Below are positions 8,598 to 17,320 of a stretch of DNA of 64,000 nucleotides, piece after piece; positions within the stretch are counted from its first letter, which is position 1, and each line of letters begins with the position of its first letter. The stretch comes from an uncultured bacterium (lineage in GTDB: Bacteria; Planctomycetota; UBA8742; UBA2392), in assembly GCA_938014885.1 (NCBI GenBank), contig CALLQI010000011.1:51344-115343 (forward strand), in the 5' to 3' direction. The translations under genes were made by a program, and so were the position numbers. The notes beneath the pieces are model-generated. The model did no database searches and was not told the origin of the DNA. It was given only the letters and a program-made list of their open reading frames with translations.

Positions 8598-9212
8598 TTA
8601 CTGCTGGTAGTTGGCCGGGCGCTTATAGGGCTTGATGGCAAAGACCTCGAGTTCGCCATCGGGCTCATAGCCGATGACTTCCACGTCCCACAGGCCGTTG
8701 TCGCGCTTGGGGCCCTCATAGATCAGTGAGGGCATCTTCACGCCCTGCAAGGTTGCGGTTTCGTCGGCGAAGTGGAACTCGCCCAGGATGCGCATCCCGG
8801 CAAGGCCCATGCCGCCGTCCTTGACCGCGGCGTGAATCGCGACCGGGTCAATGGCGTCTTCACGCTTCCACTCGAACCAGAGCACCTGGTCGTCCATGCT
8901 TGTCTGCACTGTCTCGCCGAACCGGCGTTGGAGTACGGACCGTACTCCGTCCACTCACTCTCATCACACTCAGCCGGCGACCAGCAGGTAGATAATCGGC
9001 GCGGGCGGCTTGATTTCTGCGGTGCCCTCGGTGGTGGTCTTCGTGGTCGTTTTCGTAGTGTCGGTCGTGTCGGCGACCTCGGTCGCTGAGGCCGTCTCAT
9101 CCTGCCATTGCAACGCACGGCGTTTCTCGGCGGTGTCGAAGCCGCTGCCGATGTGGCACGACGAAGCCGCCAGGCACACCAGCGCCAATGCAGTAACAAG
9201 CATGAGCTTCAT
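8598..9212 (-). CDS. Lipoprotein reading frame interrupted by four in-frame TGA codons (8970-72, 8964-66, 8961-63, 8955-57), giving G-U-V-U-U-E-U-V. This is either a multi-Sec protein or two separate small genes (8970..9212 and 8598..8954).
   Basis: ATG 9212 overlaps the upstream gene's stop as ATGA. MKLMLVTALALVCLAASSC is a lipoprotein signal followed by a Thr-rich linker. ORFs 8970..9227 and 8598..8954 are in the same frame. A perfect hairpin follows the TGA cluster. Confidence 0.45.
8930..8948 (-). promoter_or_regulatory. Perfect 7-bp hairpin GGAGUAC-(GGUCC)-GUACUCC, located 13-28 nt after the four UGAs. SECIS-like.
   Basis: The + strand reads ggagtacggaccgtactcc, a perfect palindrome. 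The loop starts with GG. Confidence 0.4.
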
Positions 9213-10153
9213 GTCGTGAACCTCCATGCGAAGCTGAACCGGAATGATACCTCATCGCGCAGCTGTACGCCGTGAGTATCCGCATACACAGGAACGTCAA
9301 AGATCGCCTTTAGTTCAAACCACGGGCGCGGGTGCCACTGCACTTTGGGACTGGCGTAGATGCCCCAGCCGCCCGTGTGCTTTACCCGTACGCCGTCGTC
9401 GCGGTCGAAATCGCGCCAGTCAAACTTCGCGCCCAGGCTGACGAACATGGTGTTGCCGGGGAACTTTTCCTGGATCACGCGGTACTTCAGCTCGAACTCG
9501 TTGCTGAAGGCATCGCCAAAATCGTAGTCGCTGCCGCCCACGCCGACGCTGCGCCAATGGTATTGCGTCGCGATGATGACCTCCCAGCGATTGTCGCTGT
9601 AAATGCCCGCGTGCGACAGCGTCAGCCCGTAGCTACCGGTGCCAAGCTGCAAATCGGCCGGCACTTCTTTGCCCAGGCGCGATGCGCCGCTTTCGCCTGT
9701 GGGCAGGTCCACGATGATGCCCGCGCTCAGCGACGCGCCGCGCTGGCTGTCGTCGCCGGGCACCCACCACAGGTATCGCATGCGCGCACCCAGGCTGACA
9801 TCACCAAGGCCTCGTACGCGATCGGTGACGACGCGGTCTTCCACGTGCATACGGAATTCGCGCCAGATCAGCGGGATCACGGCTGAAACCGTCCACTCAC
9901 CGGGAATCACCCGCGGCAGGCTGTAATTCACGCCCAGCCCCAGCTGGTGATCGACCATGAACAGGCCGTCGCGGTTGGGCACCGGGCGGAAGTCTTCAAA
10001 CGTGCGCGTGGCAAAGCGGTGCCGGTGCAGCGCGTACATCTGCAGGCCGCCCGCGTACAGCGGTTCTGCCTGCACAAAGTTGTGACCGGCCTCCGGCTCA
10101 GCCAGCAGCGGGGTTCACAACAGGATCAGCACCAGCAGAAAGCAGGTACGCAT
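9209..10153 (-). CDS. Outer-membrane beta-barrel protein (MetA-pathway/phenol-degradation-like OMP family). An in-frame TGA (10115-10117) lies inside the predicted signal peptide.
   Basis: The 288-aa ORF 9209..10075 has alternating beta-strand character and a C-terminal ...SFRFSFAWRFTT, but begins at GTG without a signal peptide. The same frame upstream reads MRTCFLLVLILL-TGA-TPLLAEPEAGHNF-VQAEPLY.... The family assignment is by resemblance only. Confidence 0.65.
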
Positions 10154-10284
10154 CAGTCCACCGTTCTTGTACCCGCACCGCCCGCCATTGTGGGGCCAGG
10201 GGCTACCGGGCGCAATCCCTTGCAGGCGGCCGGGAATTTGCCAAAAGCTAGGGGCAACGGGGGTTGCCCGTACGGGAATACACC

Positions 10285-11511
10285 ATGAGCCAGACCCGCA
10301 TCCAGCCATCAGACCTTGACGCCGGCGAAGATATCGCGACGCGCACGATGGCGATCAATTTCGGCCCGCAGCACCCGGCCACGCACGGCACGCTGCGGGT
10401 GAAGATGCAGCTGCTGGGCGAAAACGTGGTGCACGCTGACCCTGAAATCGGCTTCCTGCACACGGGCTTTGAGAAGCTGGGCGAATACCACACCTTCAAC
10501 CAGTTCGTGTGCACCACGGACCGCATGAATTACATGAGCCCGCTGTGCAACAACTTCGGGTTCGTGCACGCCGTTGAGGAATTGCTGGACATTGAGCTTA
10601 CGCCGCGCTGCAAGTACCTGCGCGTGATCTTGTGCGAACTGACCCGCATCGCCGACCACGTCATCTGCAGCGGCCTGCAGGCCATGGACTTGGGCGCTTT
10701 CACGATACTGCTGTGGAGCTTCGTTGAGCGCGAAAAGCTGTACGACCTGTTTGAGATGGTCACCGGCGCGCGCCTCACCACCAGCTACGCCCGTGTCGGC
10801 GGCATGATGAAAGACGTGCCCGGCGAATTCGTGCCGCGCTGCCGCAAGTTCCTGCGCGAGTTCCCTCTCGCGATCAAGGAAATCGAGAAGATGCTGAACC
10901 GCAACCGCATCTTCCTTGACCGCACCAACAACGTCGCCGTCGTCAATGGTGCCGACGCGATCAGCCATGGCCTGACTGGCCCGTGCCTGCGCGCCGCCGG
11001 CGTGCCCTACGACGTGCGCCGCGCCCGCCCCTACTGGGTCTACGACGAACTCGATTTCGACGTGGTCACCCGTGAGGCCGGCGACGTGTTTGCGCGCTAC
11101 AAAGTGCGCATGGACGAAATGAAGGAAAGCGTCAAGATCATCAGCCAGGCCCTGGACCGCCTGCCGGGCGGGCCGGTGAACATCGACGACTGGAAGATCG
11201 TGCTGCCTGAGAAGGCTGCCGTGTACACGCAGATGGAAAGCCTGATCACGCACTTCAAGCTGATCATGAAGGGCCACGGCCTGAAGACACCGGCCAAGGG
11301 AAAGATCTACAGCTGCACCGAATCACCAAACGGCGAACTCGGCTGGTACATCGAAACGGACGGTTCCGCCGTGGGCTACCGCGTGCGTTGTCGCCCGCCA
11401 AGCTACATCAACTACGGCGCGATGCCGCAGATGGTGAAGGGCGGCTACATCGCCGACGTCGTGGCCTGTCTCAGCTCACTGAACGTCATCGCCGGCGAAC
11501 TGGACCGCTAA
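10285..11511 (+). CDS. nuoD: NADH-quinone oxidoreductase subunit D.
   Basis: MSQTRIQ...MAINFGPQHPATHGTLRVKMQLLGENVVHADPEIGFLHTGFEKLGE... is a typical NuoD (49-kDa subunit) sequence, ending ...SLNVIAGELDR. I chose the internal ATG at 10285. Confidence 0.95.
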   Translation: MSQTRIQPSDLDAGEDIATRTMAINFGPQHPATHGTLRVKMQLLGENVVHADPEIGFLHTGFEKLGEYHTFNQFVCTTDRMNYMSPLCNNFGFVHAVEELLDIELTPRCKYLRVILCELTRIADHVICSGLQAMDLGAFTILLWSFVEREKLYDLFEMVTGARLTTSYARVGGMMKDVPGEFVPRCRKFLREFPLAIKEIEKMLNRNRIFLDRTNNVAVVNGADAISHGLTGPCLRAAGVPYDVRRARPYWVYDELDFDVVTREAGDVFARYKVRMDEMKESVKIISQALDRLPGGPVNIDDWKIVLPEKAAVYTQMESLITHFKLIMKGHGLKTPAKGKIYSCTESPNGELGWYIETDGSAVGYRVRCRPPSYINYGAMPQMVKGGYIADVVACLSSLNVIAGELDR

Positions 11512-11575
11512 CACTGCGACACAGGTTTCCGATACAGACGCGGCGGCTGTTGCTGCCGCGTCGCATTCCTGCAGG

Positions 11576-13993
11576 CTATTGCACGCGCACCACCAGCAAC
11601 TCACAGGGTTCAAGCGTCAGTGGCAGTGGTGCGGACGCGCTTCCCAGCACCGTGCCCGTGGCCGGATGCGTGACGTTGCCAGACGCCCCGACGAGGTCAA
11701 TCGCCACCGACTTGCTGGTTACTCCAAGGTTCACGATTGCGAAGTATGTGCCGTGTGACGGCGTCTGGATGCGGCGCACCACGACTTCGGGATCCGCACT
11801 GGCGCCGGCCACAACCGTGCTGGGCAGCGCGGGCAGGCTCAGGTAGTTGGCAAAGAACTTCCGGGCGTAGACGGGAAAGCCGTGGTTCCAGGTGTTGCTG
11901 CTGCAATAGCCCAGGTAGTTGGGGTCGCCGAGGGCCACGGCGCGTGCCTCAAGCAGCATGGAAAACGGCCCGGCGCGTTCGACGTCGGCGGCAAGGTACC
12001 CCAGCGGGGTGTTTTCCCATTGCTCGTTGGCGGCAAAGGCATGGGCGTCTTCGTTCAAGCAATAGTGGCGGATACAGGCCAGGTCGTTCTGCGACCGGAA
12101 GCCGGACAGCGAAGTCTCAGTCAGCGAAAACGCGCGGTTCATCGTGTGCGTCAGGAACACGCCGTCCGTGGTGGCGTAATTCTGCGGGTCGGCCCACGGC
12201 ACTGAGTGGCTCCATTCGTCGGCGCCGTAGTCCATGAGCGAGGTTCGCATCGCCTGGTAGTACTCGTTGCCGCTGACCGTCGGGGCGTAGTCCTTGTGGA
12301 AGAACCAGTGGTTGTACGTGGTCTGCAGCGTGGTGCAGATCGGGCTCCAGGTCGCGGGGTCGTCGTTCACGATGTACTTGCTTGATCCCGGGAACGGCCA
12401 CCCGGGCTCCGAGTTATCCCACGTGAACATCACGTCGCAATCGCTGTGAATGTTCGAGCGCAGCCAGCTTTGCATGCCCAACAGGAACTCCCGCCGCTCT
12501 TCAAACCACCACTGGCAATAGTCCACGTACAACTGGCCCGGCGGTGTGGCCGAGCGCGCCGCACTTAGCGCTGCCAGCGATGCGCTGCCCGCGGTGCGCC
12601 CGGTGTCGGACTCAAATTCGGCGCGGCATGCGGCCCTGAAACTGATCGGCATGGCGCTTGGCCGTGCCCTGAACCAGATCGCCGGGAAGTCCACCTGCGT
12701 CTTGAACGGCGACAGTGTCTCATCCAACAGCCGCGTGGCATCGGCCAGGGTGTTGGTCGTGGCACCGGTGATGTCGGCGTTGTACAGCTCAACCCACCAG
12801 AAGCCCGTGTAGCTGTTCGAATTCTTCATGGCCAGGCAGGTTTTCTGGGGCCCGATGCCCCCCGGGCCGGTGCTGCCGTAGTACTCGTAATATGGGATCA
12901 CGTCGAAACCATAGCTCTGGCACAGGGTCACGATCTCGCTCCAGCGCTGCACCAGGTTGGGGCCCGCCGGGTTCCACCAGTTGGCATCGCTGACCGGCCA
13001 CCCCTGATTGTGGCCGAACTCGAGCAGGTCTTTGGCAAACGTGCGGATGCCCAGAAAGCGCATCAGCTTCAGCTTGTGTTCGTACCAGTCCTGGTCGTTC
13101 TGCATCCCCCACTCGGTGGCCGGGTCACCCATGTACGAAACGACGCCGTCAGACATTTCCTCGCGCCAGAACACGTGGCGCTTGGGCAGGCCCGCGGGCA
13201 GCGGGTTTGCGTTCAGGGTGATCGGGCTTGTGACCTCGTACAGCCGCAGCTTGCCCAGCGCGGCACCGGCATCGAGGGGGGCTTGCTTGGTGTCAAGCTG
13301 CATCACGATCACCTGAAAACCGTCGGCCGGGGTCTGGGTGCGCGCGTTGGTGCCGGCCGTGCCGCCGCCCGTGCCCTGGAAATCAACGTCGCGGGGCTGC
13401 CAGGTACCGGGGTAGCGCTCGTGCAGGTGAAAGTACTGAGTCCATTCTTTCCACTGTCCGCTCAGCGGCAGCGACAGAGATTCCGGCACTGAGTACACCC
13501 AGCCGCCGACCTGGTCGCCCACAGCCTGGCCGGTGCAGAAGCCGCGCGCCGTTTCCGCACCGCGGTTCAACACATACCATGAACGCGACGTGTCTTCCGG
13601 GTACTCCAGCTTGATCACGTAGGCCGCGCCGGCCTGCAACGACTTGCCCGCAGGCAGATTCTTGCCCACGGTGTATGAGACGTACTTGTACTGGTTGGGA
13701 ATCGGTGACAGCACCCGGGCCGATTGGCCCAGGATCGTCTGCACGGTCGAGCCGCCGGCCGGGTACTCGGCGAATGCGGCCGTGGCGGGCGGGTTGGCGC
13801 AATCAATGGTTTCGAGCAAGGTCAGCGAGCTGTCAAAGCCGGCGTAGTCCGGGATAGTGCCGGGCGTGCCACCGCCTCCGCCTCCGCCACCACTGCTGCC
13901 GCTTTCGCCACCCCCTCCGGCACAAGCAACGGCTGCAAACCCCGCGAAAGCTGCCACCATGAGCAGAACCAAGCAACGAACGAAGCGCGTCAT
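11576..13993 (-). CDS. Large lipoprotein (805 aa) of unknown function, Trp/Tyr-rich and possibly carbohydrate-active.
   Basis: ATG 13993 gives MTRFVRCLVLLMVAAFAGFAAVAC (lipobox) followed by a poly-Gly linker. It is a long clean ORF. I recognise no family motif with confidence. Confidence 0.8.
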   Translation of the reverse strand: MTRFVRCLVLLMVAAFAGFAAVACAGGGGESGSSGGGGGGGGTPGTIPDYAGFDSSLTLLETIDCANPPATAAFAEYPAGGSTVQTILGQSARVLSPIPNQYKYVSYTVGKNLPAGKSLQAGAAYVIKLEYPEDTSRSWYVLNRGAETARGFCTGQAVGDQVGGWVYSVPESLSLPLSGQWKEWTQYFHLHERYPGTWQPRDVDFQGTGGGTAGTNARTQTPADGFQVIVMQLDTKQAPLDAGAALGKLRLYEVTSPITLNANPLPAGLPKRHVFWREEMSDGVVSYMGDPATEWGMQNDQDWYEHKLKLMRFLGIRTFAKDLLEFGHNQGWPVSDANWWNPAGPNLVQRWSEIVTLCQSYGFDVIPYYEYYGSTGPGGIGPQKTCLAMKNSNSYTGFWWVELYNADITGATTNTLADATRLLDETLSPFKTQVDFPAIWFRARPSAMPISFRAACRAEFESDTGRTAGSASLAALSAARSATPPGQLYVDYCQWWFEERREFLLGMQSWLRSNIHSDCDVMFTWDNSEPGWPFPGSSKYIVNDDPATWSPICTTLQTTYNHWFFHKDYAPTVSGNEYYQAMRTSLMDYGADEWSHSVPWADPQNYATTDGVFLTHTMNRAFSLTETSLSGFRSQNDLACIRHYCLNEDAHAFAANEQWENTPLGYLAADVERAGPFSMLLEARAVALGDPNYLGYCSSNTWNHGFPVYARKFFANYLSLPALPSTVVAGASADPEVVVRRIQTPSHGTYFAIVNLGVTSKSVAIDLVGASGNVTHPATGTVLGSASAPLPLTLEPCELLVVRVQ

Positions 13994-14127
13994 AGGACGC
14001 TCCCTTCTGTTGCCCAGTTTGTGTGAAGGTGGCAATGCTATGTGCGGCCGCAGGAAGTGCAAGCCGTCACCAAGGTTTGACGCATGACCCTTTTCAACAG
14101 TGGGCCTGATGCTAGAAACTCGCGAGG

Positions 14128-14646
14128 ATGACAACGCAGACCACCACAACACTGAAGCCCGAAACCCTGGCCGCCATGGCGGCCCTGACCAAGCGCTTCC
14201 CCAAGCCCGACGGCGCGCTGCTGGCGTGCCTGCGCATGGCTGAACGCGAAGTCGGCTTCGTGAATGCCCATGTGTGTGAGCAAGTCGCCGGCGCGATCGG
14301 CATGGCGCCGGCCAAGGTGTGGGGCGTCGTCAGCTTCTACACGACCTTTCGCAAGGAAACTGACGGCAAGCACGTGATCTGGGTTTGCTCAACCCTGCCC
14401 TGCGCACTGCGCGGCAGCGAGAACGTGTTTGATTACCTGTCCGGCAAGCTCAGCCTCAAGAAGGGCGAAACCACGCCCGACGGCTTCTTCACCCTGCACA
14501 AGGCCGAATGCCTGGGCAGTTGCGACACCGCGCCCTGCATGCAGGTCAATGAAGACTACTACGAGAACCTGACCTTCCAAAAGATCGACCAGATCCTCGA
14601 CGACCTGCTCACCGGCAAGGTCCCCGCCCGCCACGTCACCCGCTAG
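14128..14646 (+). CDS. nuoE: NADH-quinone oxidoreductase subunit E (24-kDa, 2Fe-2S).
   Basis: ...VSFYTTFRKETDGKHVIWVCSTLPCALRGSENVFDYL...HKAECLGSCDTAPCMQVNEDYYENL carries the NuoE Cys motifs. Confidence 0.93.
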   Translation: MTTQTTTTLKPETLAAMAALTKRFPKPDGALLACLRMAEREVGFVNAHVCEQVAGAIGMAPAKVWGVVSFYTTFRKETDGKHVIWVCSTLPCALRGSENVFDYLSGKLSLKKGETTPDGFFTLHKAECLGSCDTAPCMQVNEDYYENLTFQKIDQILDDLLTGKVPARHVTR

Positions 14647-14670
14647 CTGCTGGCTTGCGGCTGCTTGTGG

Positions 14671-15366
14671 ATGACCCGGCGCAACTGTTCCAATGGGCGC
14701 ATGGCTTCCGGCCGCAAAGCATTCCAGAAGGCCCGTTCCGCAAAGCGTCGCTTTGACGCGTGGGTACGCACCACGGCGTGGTACGTCGGCTGGGTCGGCG
14801 TGGCGCTGCTGGTCGCGGTGGCCGTGCTGTACATGGCACCGGCCAGCGCCTGGGACGGCCGCTGGGGCCTGCGCGAGGCACACTTGCCGGCCTACCTGAT
14901 GGCGGGCGTGCTGATGGCCAGCATGGTCGGCTGGAGCTTCATCAACGTCGGCGAAGACCGCATCAAGAAGCACCTCGGCAAGCACGTGAACCTGGTGCTG
15001 TTTGTCGCGCTGCCGCTGTGCTGCGCGGCCGCGGGACTGCTGTCGGGGCCCATTGCACGCGCTACGGGCTGGCAGAAGCCTGAGCATCCATTCTGGCTGG
15101 TCGTGTTCTGGTACCCTGCGCTGCTGGTGATGGTGTGCGCGGCCGCGTTCCTGACGTGGAAGGCGCGGCCGCGCAAGCGCGTGTACCTGGACCGCGGCGC
15201 CAACGCGGCGCTGCTGATGCTGCCCTATGCGGCGCTGTTCGCGTACATCGTGCTGGGCGTGCACGTGGACTGGCTCGACGACAACCTGCAGGAAACGATG
15301 AACGCTCTCGGCGCGTACGCGCTGGTGCTGCAACTTGTGCTGGCCTACTTCGTAGGCGGCGACTAG
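14671..15366 (+). CDS. Hypothetical integral membrane protein (about 6 TM segments).
   Basis: ORF 14665..15366 has several hydrophobic stretches. The first ATG is at 14671. I recognise no family. Confidence 0.65.
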   Translation: MTRRNCSNGRMASGRKAFQKARSAKRRFDAWVRTTAWYVGWVGVALLVAVAVLYMAPASAWDGRWGLREAHLPAYLMAGVLMASMVGWSFINVGEDRIKKHLGKHVNLVLFVALPLCCAAAGLLSGPIARATGWQKPEHPFWLVVFWYPALLVMVCAAAFLTWKARPRKRVYLDRGANAALLMLPYAALFAYIVLGVHVDWLDDNLQETMNALGAYALVLQLVLAYFVGGD

Positions 15367-15474
15367 GCGGATTGCGGCAATGGCAAAGCAGCCTCGCGCA
15401 AAACAGTTGCCCCTGATTACCGGGTTCACCGCAACCAGACATTCTCGCGCGGGTTTCATGCGCGAGGGGAACCC

Positions 15475-16527
15475 ATGAGAACTGCCGCTTTTGCTGCGCT
15501 GCTTCTGTTGCTCTGTGTGGATGCCGGTGCCCAGCGCCGTCAGGGCGGAAGCAGCCCGTTCACCGAGTTCCACAAGAAGTCTGCGCTGGCCAACGGGGCG
15601 GCCGCACCCGCGCTGCTGGCCCAGGACACCGATGGCAAACTGGTTGACCTGCGCGACTATCTGGGTCAATGGGTGTTCATCGAGTTCGGCAGCTACACGT
15701 GACCGCCCTGTGTGGCCCATTTCGGTGAAATGGAGAAGTTCGAAAAAGCCCACGGCGCGCAAGTCGCCTGCCTGTTCTTCTACACCAAAGAAGCCCACCC
15801 CGATGACGGCCCGGAAGACCGCAAAGACGCCGGCAGCACAGGCGGCTGGCGCATGAAGAACAACAAGATCCAGATTGACAAGCACACCAAGTACGCGGAT
15901 CGCCTGGATGCCGCCAAAGACCTGCGCAAGGCCGGCAAAGAAAAGTGGCGCGTGCTGGTCGATGACATGAAAGACACCAACCACGCGGCCTGGGGCAACC
16001 TGCCCAACATGGCGTTCCTGGTGGACCCGCAAGGGCGCATCCACCACAAATGGAGCTGGGTCGCCAGCAGCACAGGCAAGTCCAAGCGCAGCGGCGACGA
16101 CGGCACCAGCGACCTGTACACGCTGCTCAAGGCCGCCGGCGAGCTTGCGCCCTACACCGTGGCCGACGACCCGCAACTGCCGCTGCGCGACACGGTCGCC
16201 GGTGAATGGCTGCGCTACGGCGACACCACGGTCAAGTTCGCGCCGGCCGGCGAAGGCAAAGTGAAGCGCGACGACTCCGTGATTGAGCTGGCCCCGTTCA
16301 AAGCACCCGCAAAGCCAACCAAGGCCACACGCAAGGACTTCAAGTTGGGAAAGCACGAGCTGCCCTGCGTGGTGACTCAGACTGAAGAGGGCGAAATCTG
16401 GGTCTGCACCCGGTTGCCCGGCGACGGCGTCGTCAAGGTCGTCAAAGACGGCACGACGCTGCGCGAGCTGACCGACGCGGGCTTCACCGAAGGCAAGTCA
16501 TGCCTGGCCGAGTACAAGCCCGAGTGA
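15475..16527 (+). CDS. Exported deiodinase-like thioredoxin-fold protein with an in-frame UGA (15700-15702) in FGSYT-U-PPC. It is a candidate selenoprotein. An extra C-terminal domain of about 150 aa follows.
   Basis: ORFs 15475..15702 and 15712..16527 share a frame and are separated by one TGA. The junction reads ...GQWVFIEFGSYT-U-PPCVAHFGEMEKFEKAHG.... The signal peptide is MRTAAFAALLLLLCVDAGAQ, with GAGGGGA upstream of the ATG. Confidence 0.72.
15717..15733 (+). promoter_or_regulatory. SECIS-like hairpin CCAUUUC-(GGU)-GAAAUGG downstream of UGA 15700-15702.
   Basis: Perfect 7-bp stem with a GGU loop. The loop starts 21 nt after the UGA. Confidence 0.5.
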
Positions 16528-16529
16528 CT

Positions 16530-17291
16530 TCACTGCGCCAGTTCGCGCCAGCCTTTGGGCAGCTTGATGTTGCAGTCGAGGGCCTTGGAAAGCTGCTCTA
16601 CGCAGGCTTCCGCCACGGCCACGCGGGCGTGCCACTTGTGGTTGGCGGCGACGACCGTCCAGGGCGCGTGGTCGGTTGAGGTCTTTTCGAACATGTCGTC
16701 GATGGCTTCTTCGTACTCGCCCCACTTCTCCCGGTTGCGGTAGTCTTCGGGAGTGATCTTCCACTTCTTGAACGGGTCCTCTTCGCGTTCTTTGAACCGC
16801 TTGGCCTGTTCCTTCTTGCTGATATGCAGGAAAAACTTCAGCACCGGCACGCCGTCGCTCGTGAGCAGCTTTTCAAACATGTTGATCTCATCGTAGGCGC
16901 GCTTCCAGTCAGGCTTGGCGGCGAACTTTTCCACGCGCTCAACCAGCACGCGGCCGTACCAGCTTCGGTCAAACATCGCAATGCGGCCGGGACCCGGCAG
17001 CCGGTTCCAGAATCGTTGCAGGTAATGCACGGCCTTTTCGTCGGCCGTGGGCGCGCCGATCGGGTGCACGATGTAGCCGCGCGGGTCAAGCCGTTCACAT
17101 ACGCGGCGGATGCTTCCGCCTTTGCCGGCGGCGTCCCAGCCTTCGAACACCAACACGGCCTCACGCTTGTTCTCGTAGATGTAGCGTTGAAGCAAAAGCA
17201 GCTGCAGCTGCGCCTTGGTGATGCGCAGTTGGTACTCGTCTTTGTCCTTCAAACGAGCATCAAGGTCCACGTGCTTGAGTTTGAGCGGCAT
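16530..17291 (-). CDS. ppk2: Polyphosphate kinase 2 family protein.
   Basis: MPLKLKHVDL...VLVFEGWDAAGKGGSIRRV...FDRSWYGRVLVERVE... carries the PPK2 Walker-A and lid motifs. I chose the internal ATG at 17291; the upstream extension runs through a repeat element. Confidence 0.9.
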   Translation of the reverse strand: MPLKLKHVDLDARLKDKDEYQLRITKAQLQLLLLQRYIYENKREAVLVFEGWDAAGKGGSIRRVCERLDPRGYIVHPIGAPTADEKAVHYLQRFWNRLPGPGRIAMFDRSWYGRVLVERVEKFAAKPDWKRAYDEINMFEKLLTSDGVPVLKFFLHISKKEQAKRFKEREEDPFKKWKITPEDYRNREKWGEYEEAIDDMFEKTSTDHAPWTVVAANHKWHARVAVAEACVEQLSKALDCNIKLPKGWRELAQ

Positions 17292-17320
17292 GAGACCTCC
17301 GGTGGGACGGTAAGCGTGCG

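Noticed and set aside
14389-16356. 655-aa minus-strand ORF, plus similar long antisense ORFs: 6898..8535 (+), 20648..22204 (+), 34116..35846 (-), 44769..45989 (-), 46896..48029 (-) and 10309..11277 (-).
   Set aside because: Each is antisense to a gene with strong family motifs (nuoE, gcvPA, clpC, uvrC and others). Each has the skewed Ala/Arg/Gly/His/Val composition typical of non-coding frames in high-GC DNA.
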